Positions 30,601 to 44,421 of a DNA stretch of 64,000 nucleotides are shown here, in pieces. Both the position numbers and the translations under genes were made by a program. Within the stretch, counting starts at the first letter, position 1. Each line of letters starts with the position of its first letter. Source of the DNA: Tubiluchus corallicola (taxonomy: Eukaryota; Animalia; Priapulida); assembly GCA_030141605.1 (NCBI GenBank), contig JAQGDQ010002368.1:372001-436000 (forward strand), given 5' to 3'. The notes under the pieces were generated by a model. That model saw nothing but the letters and a program-made list of their open reading frames with translations. It made no database searches and was not told the origin of the DNA.

Positions 30601-33330
30601 TGAATACCAGTGTACATAAAAACTCGTATTGTGGAGAAAAATAGCAGTGGTGTATAATGCTTCTTAACACTGTTTATGAATGTTTTCCGGATTCCTCTTC
30701 CAAACATACATTGATCAGTACAGATGAAAGAGCAACTTAGCAAAGCAACTCTTTATGGTAATATTCATTTTTAAAATAATCACAGACATTAAACCAACCT
30801 AGCTGTTACTGAGCACTTTGCTCCTTACAACAAGCAATAAAATTTTCTCAGAAAATATCCACGGTCGTACGTCTTGTAAAAATTGTCTGTTTAACAGATA
30901 AGAATCTGCTTAACAAGTTTTACAATAATGGTCATTTTTTCAGAAAAATCTGTGTGTGGTGTGTTATGCCACATATGTAACTCTTCATTACATAATGTGT
31001 GCACAAGATCAAATATATCAAAAGCAAAGTACCACTAGAATGATGAAGGAACACCAACACAGAGAGATTGTACATAAAAAATACCTCTTCAGGATTATTC
31101 AAAAAAATATCTGTACAACCGATCGATCCTCTGTCAACTTCACTGCAGGTTTTGCGAAATCTGTCAGAATCCAGTATGCCCATAGCAATCAGTTCTTGTG
31201 ATATGGTATTCATAAACAACTAAAAAATGGAAATCTGGGAAATACCTGACAGCGTTATTAATGAGTGATTTTCTAGTAAATCTGAATGCATGTCCTTCTG
31301 AAATACAAGATATGTTTCGGCAAAAGCTAAGCTTGGCACATTATTACATGCCTAAAATTATCGCTATTACATTTAAAATTCTGTAGCAAACGATTACTAG
31401 TTCCAACATAAAAGTACACAAAGACAAAGCATTATAGTAAAAGTAAAAGTAAAAGTAAAAATACGCAAGCGACTTCTAAGAGTGGTCAAGAGAGCATTTA
31501 TGGTAGTCCCTGCAGCAAGCCAGCAATAAAAAAAATAAATTCTATTGCTATATGCCATTATTAATGATGCCACAGCATCAAGGCTATACATTCAAAACCA
31601 TGCATGTATTTTATGATTTCTTGTTGGAGAGTGCAAATGTGCCATTTATGTATTTCTATGCACGCCATTTTTTACACATGCACATTTGAATAATTACTTT
31701 TTCAAATGAACAACTGCTTCCGTCTGCTATCCCTTGCAATTCTGTCACATACTGAGGAAATGAGTCTTGCGTGGTGACCAAAAATTCTTCATAAATCTGT
31801 GAAGTATAAAGTTATGGAAACTTGAAAATCTGTTCAATGTATCTGGGAGGAATTTACTCATGCATTATGCTTTTAAAAAAATTGAATGACTGCAAATCCT
31901 TTTATTTGCTTACATTAATTAATATTGATGTATACAGCTATAGGGTCCCGACAACCAAGTCCTTCGGTTGCCAGCGACTTTGATTTTGGACATTTGAAGT
32001 GTTAAAACTAAAAATTAATTTGAATTTTACTGCAAAAACTAGACTATAGGTTTATTCTTATGTCACAACTATAATATGTACCCGACAAAATATCAATGAC
32101 AACAATAGTTCAACTAACTTATGTACTAAGGCCTTTTACATTATTAATAATAATGTTAACAAAATGTACTGTAGCCCCATTATCAAATGAATCATAAAAG
32201 CTAAATTGTATATTATGCACAAAAATACAAACCTGTATCTGATTTAGACTTAATTTAGTGACACATCTAATTTCATAAAATTTAAAAATAAAATAAGTGT
32301 ATACCTTTTTTCCCTCATCTGTATTACAGAATGGGATTATGGCATCTTTTATGTCAGTGTTAGTTTCAAAATATTCCTGAATTTGCTGCCTGAAAGTCTT
32401 TCCCTGCAAGAAAAACATGTTTTTACAATTAAAATAATAATTTCACAGAATGAATAAAGAAAAAGCTACCCAGAGTATCAATGATGCAGTAAGTCCACCT
32501 TCCCAGACTCTTGTGCTTGATACCTTGAAAATCTTTGACATTTACACAATATACAAGTCATTCATTTTGGCAAATTTGATTCACAAATTTTCATTTGATA
32601 GGACTTCGCCAGGTCAAACAAGGTCAGATGCTTTTCACTTTCAAATTTTGTCAAGCAATTACTGGCCTAATATTCGGCCACATTATCCGGCCTTTGACTC
32701 CAGAGTCATTGCCCACCATTTCCCAAACGTTGTCGTCGTTCATCTACTGTCTGCACGTGCAGCTAAAACCTACCTTTATAACACTATAGTTGCAATTGCT
32801 CGAATCTTGGATCTGCCCTCTCTCTTCCCTGGGGAGGGCATAAATATTTTTTGTCGATGTTGAGTTGTCAGTAGGTGGCAATTTATTTTAATTCCTTGCA
32901 CTGAGCTGACCTGCAACATCCAATTGCTGTGCAGCTATTGAGATTTCGACCTGTTTATCCCTACTCTTGATATACTCTCGCGGTGACCTTTGACATTGAT
33001 CATTATTTTGCCCCAAAGTGTTTCCACACAAAAAATCTCAAGGCTACCTCCTAGTGATTCAGGCCTGACTGGCTTAAACTCAGATTGTTGACAGACAACG
33101 GCTGACACAAGGTGCCCAGACTTGCAAACTCGGGAAGTTAGGGGACTTAAAAATGAAAAACCAATTCGAAGTTGCTGCATTCAAATATGTACTACACAGC
33201 ATCTTATTAGTGACAAAACACTACACACAGTCTATAACCTTAATATAAAAAGGTAACTTACAATAGCATATCCCACTGAATAATAGTTTCCAGACACATG
33301 AAGTGCAGGCAAAGAACGAGCTTCCTCCAT
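27658..33330 (-). CDS. Peptidase C45 family Ntn-hydrolase (tan-like beta-alanyl-dopamine/carcinine hydrolase / acyl-CoA:6-APA acyltransferase family), paralog 1, 9 exons, ~394 aa
   Basis: Exons 33330-33262, 32403-32305, 31796-31698, 31219-31085, 30435-30201, 29739-29640, 28907-28758, 28597-28398 and 27755-27658; frame intact (1185 nt). Motifs G..YSVGYAIG, FPQYVTELQGIADG, G|CTD autocleavage site, GHNED, GFNKHG, YHVN, SSKHR, FPIFR, T..TAIFDL. Confidence 0.9.
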
Positions 33331-34779
33331 ATTTACTTGACTGTTGTTCTTTTCATACGTTTGAAAATTATTCTTACTTGCTAGCTGCTACTGATGTTTA
33401 TAACAGCAGTTTTCAGAATTACAGTGAGACATTAAGCCACTAAATAAATATTATACACTGAGATATGTTTGTGATATCGCTGCACACATATACCAACAAA
33501 TATTTGCCATAGCCATGGTACTATATTGATAAAGTAAGCTGTACTTTTGCGCTAAAACATGAATCAAGGCCATTTGCACTTTAGATATAAACATAGACTA
33601 GTAAGATCCAACGTCCAGCTTTAATAATAGTAGTTGTAGCCTTCATGCACTAAAATGTAACAGTTAAGCCAGAATTGAACTCACATTGACCTATTCGTCA
33701 CTGGCGGCACTATGCATGTATATATTTTAAGCTTCATGTAGGGCCCCAATATGTGGATATTACCCGTGCACTATCGTACAAGTTTGAACAGGGAAAGTAT
33801 AGAAAGATTTATGATGCAGAAAAAACTTTGGACCTAACAATAATTCTTATAATATCACCAGAATGAGCCAACTTGTTGCTTGCAAGTTAAATTATAATGA
33901 AGAAACAAGTAGATGTCAAAGATAACCGTTGCCCCCCCCCCCATAAGATACAGAGCGGGTACAGGCATATGTACTTGTAAGTCCTCTCTCAAAATGATAA
34001 CTAACGGAGTTAAAATGTTGATTTTAATTTAAAAGGAGCAGCCAGGCAACAATTTCTTGATGACGTACCAACAGGTTCTTTAACATCTTCGTCGTTTGCG
34101 ACAGTAATTGCCTTGGTGGGTAATAATTTTGTGTGCAAAACTTGTGGCCATGTCTACAAGATATAAGCTCTATTATTTTGTTCTTTACAATACCTACAAA
34201 TGCGGAAGTGCATATTAATTATTTCCTTCATTTATAAACTCATTTGTGACTACATTATGGGTAGAATAACGTTGTGTGGATGTTTCCCAACAAGTAGCTA
34301 GGGTAAAAATCAGGAGAACAGTCCATGTCAGCTGCATGTTAGCAAGTAAAATTATTTGTAAACAAAATTCATAAAAATGTAAAACAATTAAAACAAATGC
34401 AAAAGAGTTACACGCCTACATTAGTAAAGGAAAGGGAAAAATGATTCAATATGATTGGGCTGCTTAACTACTGTAATATCTGCTGACCTGACCAAGTCTG
34501 CGAGGATTCATCAACAATGTACTGACAAAAATGACATAGTGCAAATCATTATGGTTTTAATGTATTATCACGTATTTTATAAGCTTACATATTTATAAAA
34601 ATAAATTTGATTCGATCTGACTGATTTAAGTATCTGGGCACGAATTCATGTACTGCTCTCACGACTGTTTCGCTGTCTTAAGTGTGGTTTAAGCCAGCGG
34701 AAATATCTATATCCAATTCATTTAGACGTCTTATCTCCCCCTAGTAAGCGCGACTAGGAAAGTTAGGCGGAATTAGATA

Positions 34780-34817
34780 TGTAAGTAAGTAAAAGAAAGA
34801 AAGAAAGTAAGTAAGTA

Positions 34818-34851
<34 letters not shown>

Positions 34852-34877
34852 TAAGTAAGCAAGTAAGTAAGTAAGTA

Positions 34878-34940
<63 letters not shown>

Positions 34941-34958
34941 GTAAGTAAGTAAGTAAGA
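34780..34958. repeat. (AAGT)n/(AAGC)n tetranucleotide microsatellite
   Basis: Directly visible. Confidence 0.95.
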
Positions 34959-35125
34959 TCTGAATCTAATCTTGAAGAACAATTGGAAAGTTCTTTTCTC
35001 AAGTCAGTTAATTTGTTAATTTTAAATTGTTAAAAATAAGTGTTAGCTGAATTCAAGTTTTAAGCAAATTTTTATGTAAATAAAGTGATACTCTAAAAAG
35101 ATCGTTGAAAAGCCATATTGGCAGT

Positions 35126-35745
<620 letters not shown>

Positions 35746-35974
35746 GATAATATAACTTTTATTTAGTTTTTTTAGTAGCCCAGTTGCACGTACAATTAAC
35801 TAATACATTTTCTCTGATCCAATCAAAGTAAATAAATATTAAAAAACTTGAATTTAAGTTTATGTGAAATTTGTTTTGCCGTTTTTGTTATAGAATTAGT
35901 AGCTGATAAAATTTTTATTTATAAGCCTAGTTATTAATTTCATTTTTCTAAATCAGAACCATCCGGTTGTCATA

Positions 35975-36092
35975 AAAAAGTTTGAAATAAAAAGTTTGAA
36001 ATAAAAGTTTGAAATAAAAGTTTAAATTAAAAAGTTTCAAATAAAAGTTTGAAAAAAAGTTTGAATTAAAAAGTTTGAAATAAAAGTTTGAA
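35975..36092. repeat. ~12-13 bp minisatellite (AAAAGTTTGAAAT)n
   Basis: About nine degenerate copies visible. Confidence 0.85.
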
Positions 36093-36924
36093 GATAGAGC
36101 TAATTTGCTGAGGAAAGTGGTGGTGGTGTTGAGATCTTTGTAATACGTAATCCTTTGTACTTACTGTACCTACCCTTATAAATTTATGATAAGCATACCA
36201 TACGTATTTCAGAAAATATAGGAATACAAATCAAGTAGCAAAATTTAAATTGATACGAAGACTCGGACCTGGGACGTTTGTGTTTGAAGCAGATGTACAC
36301 CAAATGCAGTACAGTTATGTACCTCATTTTGCGTGGATTGTTGCTTAACCTTTGACCTACAAACTGTTTGTTCTAGAAAACTGCTTGAAAATTGTTTATT
36401 GTGTAATTATACATTTAGCTAAAACTATGTGTTTAACAAAAAATAGTTTATTTGGAAATTTAGAATACGAATCAATGAAATAATATATAAATCAGAAATG
36501 AAAAAACACAAGACATTTAGAGCAAAAAGTGGATAAACAATGTGTATTAATTAAATGTGAAAAAATTGTGGTAATAATAACTGTGGTAAATGTGAATGCA
36601 GAAATATCAACACAAATTTACACAATCATGAATGAGTACAGTGAAAAAATGCGTAAAAATGATTAGGTAGAGCTAAAAAAAAAGTACAAGGTTGCAAAGA
36701 ATATTAATGCAAAGAACATTCACAACGAAAAGTCCCGCTGCATTTTCTCTGGCAGAATCGATAGCACTTGGTAGATCTTCTATGAAAATGACATGAAACA
36801 GTTACTGTGGAAGGCAGAGCATCTGTACATCGGATCTGCTGCTTTTTTTCTGTAAAAACAACACAGGATGACAGGGATGCATTCAGCAGTGATGCAGAGT
36901 ATACATTTCATTACTGCTAAACAC

Positions 36925-37350
36925 ATCCCTCTCATCCTTGTCTCTCTCACACACTCACTCATTCCTGCACCCAATCCCATTCCCTTACTTTCTCTGACAC
37001 TTGCTCACTTGCCCTCCTACTCCCTCTCCCCCTTCTCTCTCTCACTCCCTCCCTCGCCCTCCTACACCCCCTACCCCCACTCCATCCCCTTCCCACTCCC
37101 ACACCCACACCCTCTCCCACACCCACGCCCCCTCCCACACCCACGCCCCCCACACCCACTCCATCCCCTTCCCACTACCACTCACCCTCCCCACACCCAC
37201 ACCCACGCCCCCTCCCACACCCACGCCCCCTCCCACATCCTCATCCCACTCGCCCTCTAATCACACTCCCACACCCCTTCAGACTCCTCCCCCTCTCTCC
37301 CTCACTTGCTCTCCCTCAAACTCTCTCACTCACAATTACTTCCTCCCTCT
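36925..37350. repeat. C-rich low-complexity tract with CCCTCCCACACCCACGCC units
   Basis: Directly visible. Confidence 0.8.
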
Positions 37351-37358
37351 TGTAGTTT

Positions 37359-38256
37359 GGTACTAGTCAAAACACTAGAAATTCATCAGATCTTTTGATT
37401 AATTACTATTTATTTCAGCGTGAAAGAGACACAAAAAACTTGCAATTATAATTTGTGTTTAAAATTTAAAATGTTATAAAATAAAACAGTATTCCACAGT
37501 TTAAGAAATTTCGAAGCAGAAGCCAGTTCTTCTTGAATTCAAAATCTGAACCAAGAGCAGGATTCTTTAAGAAATAATGCAGAAATTCCTGCAGAGAGCT
37601 TGCAAATGTTTGCATAAAAAAAGTGCTCTTAATCATTAATTTGGTGAATTTTAAAATGTAAAAACAACTTCTAAGTCCTTGCTTGGAATTTAGTGATAAT
37701 CTTACTCAACAAAACAAATTATAGACTCCCCGGCATCTCCATCTGAAACTTCTGTGACAATGATCTACGATACCTGTTCTGTTTGAGTTTTTTTCCTTAA
37801 AGAATGTGAGTTTTTTCCTAAAGAATCCTGCTCTTAGTTCTAATTTTGAATTCAAGAATGAGCCTTTCCACAGCTCCAGCGATTGATGATGATCGTGAGA
37901 AGGTCAAAGGTTAAATATACCACAGCAACGCGTCTTAACTGCAACCGTCACGAGACGTGGGGGTAAAGCAAAGCCGTCTGCTGGATTAGTTAAGTAACTT
38001 CCGTTGTTTTACATGGACTTTACTTAACTATGCATTAGTCTGCGCATAGAGTGATTTACTAGCAAGATTTTGCTTGGGAACAACAAAAATAAATTAGGCA
38101 AGCTTAAAACTATTACTATTTCAACAGCAACGGCTGCGAGGCGTTGTGAAGTACACAAAAATGCTTTGTATGGCAACCTGTGACTTTTCACGATCATCAT
38201 CAATCGCTGGAAAAGTGAAAAGGCTTATTGGAATCCCGAGTGTTTCGACTAGTACC
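37359..38256. mobile_element. MITE-like element with terminal inverted repeats and two internal inverted-repeat pairs
   Basis: Outer ggtactagtcaaaacact / agtgtttcgactagtacc. Inner pairs: ttcttgaattcaaaat..aagagcaggattcttta (~37530-37570 vs 37818-37860) and ccagcgattgatgatgatcgtga (~37876 vs 38190-38210). Confidence 0.7.
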
Positions 38257-39779
38257 TCAAGCTAGTAGCTACAGTGGGTGAAGCAGAGCACATTTGGTCA
38301 AACTATGTATCATTCATTTTAATAATTTTATTTTTCTTTAATCAGCAATCCTAATCTTGTTTTTTTAGTTAATTCATAATCTTATATTTTTATAGTACAT
38401 TTTCCACCTAAAACGTGTAAAGTTCTATTTTTAAAAAAAGTGAGAGTCAGTTGCTAGTCAGTGGTTTTTAATTTACTTCTTTTTCCAAGCTAAGTATTTT
38501 GACATGTGTGTCCTTAGACTGGGAAATAAGAGATATAAGATCTGGATATAAGAGAGCTCCAGTTTGGTACAAACTCTTTTTGATTCAACATTGTAACGAT
38601 TAGCTAGTGAAAAATGTTGAGACGTGGAAAAATAATACACTTGCTGCTTTTATTTATGCTAAAACGAAAGAACTAATCTGTCAATTTTGCAGGAAATGAT
38701 GTTGTTGTCTGCACTCCTGTCATGCCCTGGCCGCCGGTGACGTCATATCTGTTTTTTCAGACACCTCTGTGGTGCGAGGAAGGCAAATGAAAAATAAATT
38801 TCGTTTTCCCATGCAGGGCCTCTCTTATATGGCACAGTCTAAACAAGGCATGACAGTAAATCAAGCACTACTGACTAACACCAGTCTGCGACTTTTCTAA
38901 AAAAAAACTTATGCATTTAAAAACTAAAAAAACTTGTGCCTTTAAAAAATGAAATAATTCGCTACACAAAATTACTGATGGCGGAAGCTGTTAATTAATA
39001 ACTGATACATGTATGACCAAATATGCAATCATCCTGTGCCCACTGTCACTTGACAAAACTTTCGTGATCCAATTGCAGCCAATTCTTTTATCAACCATGT
39101 AGATTCGACCCCGTCCTTCTGCATGGACGTGTCTTCTGGGCTTGTCCTCTGCGTGCGTCCTCTGGGCGTGTCTTCTGGGTTTGCCCTCTGGATGTGAACC
39201 AGTGATTCTGTTCAAATGTAAATAGCTTAAATCAATTCCCAAGTTGCCAACATACAAGAAGTAACAAACCAAAATACAATATGCTCTCTATTCGGTTTGA
39301 CAATAGTTTTTATACCTGCACATTTTTTCAAGTTCCCTTATCACAGAGTATGTGTTCGAGGTTTCTTCTCTATCTCAGTGTAGTTAAAACACATGGCCAG
39401 GGTCAGTGTTTTTTATTTATTTATTTAATATATCCACAATGATTATTACAGCATTGTACATAAAAGTATTTAATAATATATTTATTATTATGTGCACAAG
39501 ATGCCAAGCCGCAAATTACTCGTGGGGTACTCAAGAAGTAATTACTTGTTTGGAGTACCCCAAATGAATGTGGACTGAGTGTAATAGAAAAGAGCACTAA
39601 AGGAGTAGAAGGAAAGGTTAATAGAGAATAGAAAGAAGAAGAAAGGTGTGATGGTATCTGTATGAAGTAACATGAACTATAGAAATGTAAAAATTGACAT
39701 AGCAACACAATGGATTCCGACAGGGACAGCAGTGTAATTAATCAAATTGATTTATTCTGTATAATTAGAAAAGATTTCA

Positions 39780-40105
39780 CTTTTGAAATTTCTTTTGAAG
39801 TTATTTATAGATAAACAATAAGTCTAGGGTCAGTGTTAGCGATGAAGTGCCTTGCCGCATCAGTCCTGCAATACTTAATACGAAATTCGCTAAATCTTGT
39901 TGAGTAATGTCTTACGTTAATAGCTAATAGGTTTAAAAAGAAAGCAGGGAGAAGTTTATGTTTGGTTATGTAGATGTAAACAGCGGTATTCAGGTTTATT
40001 AGATCATTTAGCACTAGGATAGAATAATTCTTATAAATCAATCTTATAAATTTACGTTGTAGAGAGTTTAGTTTAACTAGAGTTGAAGGGTAGGTGTTAG
40101 GAAAT
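39780..40105 (-). mobile_element. Degenerate 3' fragment of a CR1/L2-group LINE ORF2
   Basis: LQRKFIRLI..ILVLNDLINLNTAVYIY..KLLPAFF..HYSTR..CRT resembles the post-RT C-terminus of CR1/L2-group elements. Confidence 0.65.
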
Positions 40106-40743
40106 GCGGGACCTAACTAGAAAACTGTTAGTGGTGCCCTCTACCCTACAAAAGCTGAAGATTGATGATGTTTTATGCGCACCGTGTAGCACGCCAGTCC
40201 CAGCCAAAAAACGTTGAGGGCTTGAGGCTCCACATTAGAAAAAATGATATGTACTAGAAGTTGAAAACCTGTATGAAATATTTAATGTTTTATTACAAGT
40301 CAAGATAATTACTGACATAATTAATAAAGAAACGATCAATAAAAAACATTGAAACGCAGATATACGGGAACAGACTGAAGATTTGCACTGCGTTCACAAC
40401 ATCAAGATACTTCAAACACACCAGACGTTCATTAATTCATCACAGAGTCCTCGACCAGAGAGTGTTGAAAGCGGGGCCCCTCTTGGCGCGAGGTCCAATT
40501 TGAAGAAATCTGTCAAATTGGCTTAAAACCGGCCCTGAAGATGACATGTAAGTCTTATTGGTAAACTGCTACAATAGTGCTAAATACTTCGCTTACCAAA
40601 AAACTACTAGGTCTACTGCCATGAAACTGAAGTGAACTGAAGTAATTAAAGATCATTTCCACAAAGTTTTTCAAATTTATGCGTATATTTGACTTTGTTT
40701 ACAGTAAATTGTGTCATAAAACAGTTGATATGTTCGACATAGT

Positions 40744-41598
40744 CAGCATATTTAGTTTCGGGACATTTTAAGACCGCATGAGTAAGTCTGAACAACATTC
40801 AAATCACAAAATTGACATTCAGCATATTTAGTTTCGGGACATTTTAAGATCGCATGAGTAAGCGTTTGAACAACGTTCAAATCACAAAATTGACATTCAG
40901 CATATTTAGTTTCGGGACATTCTAAGACCGCATGAGTAAGGGCCTGAATAACATTCAAATCACAAAATTGACATTCAGCATATTTAGTTTCGGGACATTT
41001 TAAGATCGCATGAGTAAGCGTTTGAACAACATTCAAATCACAAAATTGACATTCAGCATATTTTGTTTCGGGACATTTTAAGACCGCATGAGTAAACGTT
41101 TGAACAACGTTCAAATCACAAAATTGACATTCAGCATATTTAGTTTCGGGACATTTTAAGATCGCATGAGTAAGCGTTTGAACAACGTTCAAATCACAAA
41201 ATTGACATTCAGCATATTTAGTTTCGGGACATTCTAAGACCGCATGAGTAAGGGCCTGAATAACATTCAAATCACAAAATTGACATTCAGCATATTTAGT
41301 TTCGGGACATTTTAAGATCGCATGAGTAAGCGTTTGAACAACATTCAAATCACAAAATTGACATTCAGCATATTTTGTTTCGGGACATTTTAAGACCGCA
41401 TGAGTAAACGTTTGAACAACGTTCAAATCACAAAATTGACATTCAGCATATTTAGTTTCGGGACATTTTAAGATCGCATGAGTAAGCGTTTGAACAACGT
41501 TCAAATCACAAAATTGACATTCAGCTTATTTAGTTTCGGGACATTCTAAGACCGCATGAGTAAGGGCCTGAATAACATTGAAATCACAAAATTGACAT
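40744..41598 (-). repeat. 78-bp minisatellite, 11 copies, with 4-unit higher-order periodicity, derived from a LINE CCHC knuckle
   Basis: Unit starts at 40744, 40820, 40898 ... 41522; each unit translates as CQFCDLNVVQTLTHAILKCPETKYAE. Confidence 0.95.
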
Positions 41599-41800
41599 AT
41601 TCCATTTTCCTGTTTCATCCTGCTCCACCTGCCAGTCTCAATTCGTATGTAGTGGCAATTCTGAATCTTGAAATGATTATCCTGTAATGTTCGGTAAGAA
41701 TGCTGTTATCATTCTTGTAAGGAGGGTTTAGTCTGCTCGTGGTTTATACTACTGTGTACACCCTGTTTCGAATCTGGATCATTTCCAAACGCAATAAGTA
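41599..41800 (-). mobile_element. Degenerate LINE ORF2 C-terminal fragment contiguous with the minisatellite
   Basis: Minus strand reads IISRFR..(frameshift)..HYIRIETGRWSRMKQENGICQFC, matching the RFRxxxHxLxIETGR...CxxC motif of non-LTR ORF2 ends. Confidence 0.7.
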
Positions 41801-42317
41801 CTTCATTCTTGTAGCATTCAACCTCAAGTTTTTCAATAATTACCACAAAACTTAATATACATGTAACCAAGAACTTTCAAAGCACCGCATATTTTTACAA
41901 CAGCAGAAACTTTGGAAAGCAGGAATAATTAATCAAGAATGGTTTAGTTCCAAAATAAATTTTATAGAAATATCGTTTGTCTAAACGGAAAACTACAAGA
42001 TGGAGACTTGGGAAGCAAAGTTGAAGTTAATTTACTGTTGCAGAAAACTTTTTTTTAATTTATGCAACCAAATGTGTTGGTCAATTATTACTTTGCACTG
42101 TTGCTTTTGTTACTGTCAGTTACAGAAAAAATTATAGCATCCAACATTAGTGACAGCCCAGGATATATGAGTACTGGTGCTAACTTCATAAACTGTATTT
42201 AAAAATTTTAATTCTGATATTCATGCTCTCATTCAGTACAAAATCATGGATACAAAACTTACCAAGTTCACACTGAAGCTCTGCTTATGATAGCTAGATG
42301 GTATTTTTTAATCAGCA

Positions 42318-42450
42318 AAAGTTCATGTGGTGTGTTAGCTCTTCACAGTCTAATTTTGACGTTTACTGCTGTGCGAATCTGAAAGTTCTTGTGGTGTGTT
42401 AGCTCTTCACAGTCTAATTTTGACGTTTACAGCTGGTCGCGAATCTGAAA
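42318..42450. repeat. Tandem duplication of ~64 bp
   Basis: gtggtgtgttagctcttcacagtctaattttgacgtttac...gcgaatctgaaa occurs twice. Confidence 0.85.
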
Positions 42451-42516
42451 CAACGTGATGAAGGAAGTAAAAAGACTACGGCGAAAATGGATTAAATTTA
42501 AAGCACACTAAATCAG

Positions 42517-42630
42517 CGTTTATCAGACATCCGCAATGCGTTATGCGTTATTGCGTATCCAGCTGCGCATAAACAATCAAAAGGCGTGACTGCAGAAAAA
42601 TCTAACGCAATAACGCAGGTCTGATAAACG
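42517..42630. mobile_element. Tiny hairpin MITE-like element
   Basis: cgtttatcagac...gtctgataaacg termini with internal tgcgtta/taacgca repeats. Confidence 0.6.
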
Positions 42631-42654
42631 AGATCATTAAAAACAAAGCATGCG

Positions 42655-44421
42655 TGACGTCATATATACACAACGTAAATTAGAGAAAGAAAAGGAAATG
42701 TTAAACTATGTCCCCAAAAAACTTTCCATGCAAAATTACATTACTTGGTTTTCGCTTACTTGCTGGAAAGACTTATGTAACTAGAAAAGAAAATTTTTAA
42801 TTATTTAAAATGTTTTTATCAATTGGTAAAATGTCACTGACTCACCCTCCAGGGGTGCACCACTCACTAACCAAGAACGTGTTTTTTAATCTTATTGAGA
42901 AGATACAATAATTTAAAATTTTTACTTAATTAGTGACGTGTGTGTTACGAATGCTCTTGATTATTTTTTCAAAGTTTACACAACATTATCTAAATTTGTT
43001 TCAAATGACCTACTACCAAAATGACTGTGTCTAAAGGTGATCGCGGGAGTTTAAATATTTACACGTTTTATACAGCTTTGCTGCCAACTCAAGCCCCGTA
43101 TGCAAAAAGGCAGTTTGTAAGTGGTATAAAATTTCAGGACGAACTTTTTAAACTTTATGTAAGTGGAGGGTTTCCTTGTGCTTTAAGTAAAGCTGGTCTA
43201 AAAACGTCCAATATTCCTTATTTGTATTCACAAAGCTACCGAAAAGGGTAAGATTTAACTTCCAAACGTAAGATGTCTTATAAGAGGTACCGAACATATT
43301 TTTGATCATATAAGACTTCATAACTCAAGCTGCCATCACAGCAATTCCTACTGTTATAAGGGAGTTAGTAGGTATGATTCTATTTCTTAATTAAAACTAA
43401 TTAAAGTAGTTAATCTAAATACTAACTAAAATAGTCAAAATTTTACAAAATATACGTGTTGATTTTTGAATACGTGCTGTATCACGTCTGAACTTTGCAT
43501 AATTGATGATTTTGTAAAATTTTCAGACTAACTTAACTTAACTAACTATTAATTAATTTTAATGTTAGTATATTCTAATAAGAATTGGGCTTTTTAAGTT
43601 TTCGGGTGTGAAATGGGCATAAAATTTGGTGTCAAAATGATGTTACCAAATTTAGCAAAACACGTTTGTGACTGAAGAAGCTCCCCTTTCCTAATTTAAC
43701 CCTCTTCTACCAACTACAGGCCTAATTTGTTATGCTTTGCAATAATTAACTAACGTAATACAATTAACTAGTGACACTAATTATTTCTTAATTTTGGTAC
43801 TAAGTAAATAACTAAAAGCAGGCAGCAGCTTGAAAATGAAGTAAGTCTGTTGATGAAAAATAATAACGAAATTCAAACTAAAGAATCGGCGCTTCTTTTT
43901 AAACTTGTTTAATTAAAGCACATGAAAATCCTCCATTTACAAGCTTAAAAATTCGTTTTGAATTTTGTAATTACGTATTGCCTGTTTGCATGCAGGGCTT
44001 TCGTCGGCAGTCACGCTGTAGAAAACGTGTAAATCTAAACTCCCGCGAAGACCGTTAGGCGCAGCCATTTTGATGATAAGTCATTTGAAACAAGTTTAGA
44101 TAACATTGTGTAAACTTTGGAAAATAATCACAGCATTCGTAGCGCACACGTCACTAACTGAGCAAAATTTTAAATTACTATCTTGTTAATAAGATTAAAA
44201 ATACGTTATTGGTTTGTGAGTGGCGCACCCTGGAGGGTAAGTCTGCGACATTTTACCAATTCGTGAAAACATTTTAAATAATTAATAATTTTCTTTTGTA
44301 GTTACATAAGTCTTTCCAGCAGGATAGCGAAATACTATGTAACATAACTTTGCATGGAAAGTTTTTTGGGACATAGTTTAACATTTCCTTTTCTTCCACT
44401 GATTGTGTATATATGACGTCA
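42655..44421. mobile_element. Foldback-like element: ~450-bp diverged inverted arms around a ~0.85-kb AT-rich spacer
   Basis: tgacgtcatatatacacaa...aaggaaatgttaaactatgtcc..aaactttccatgcaaa...ccctccaggg.tgc.ccactcac at 42655-43120 is reverse-complemented at ~43975-44421. Confidence 0.8.

Noticed and set aside
36868-37366. Pro/His-rich ORFs
   Set aside because: Low-complexity C-rich DNA with no splice or homology support
40744-41598. CRISPR-like array or bona fide zinc-finger gene
   Set aside because: Units are contiguous with no unique spacers and the context is eukaryotic; the ORF begins at TTG just after a stop codon and derives from a LINE
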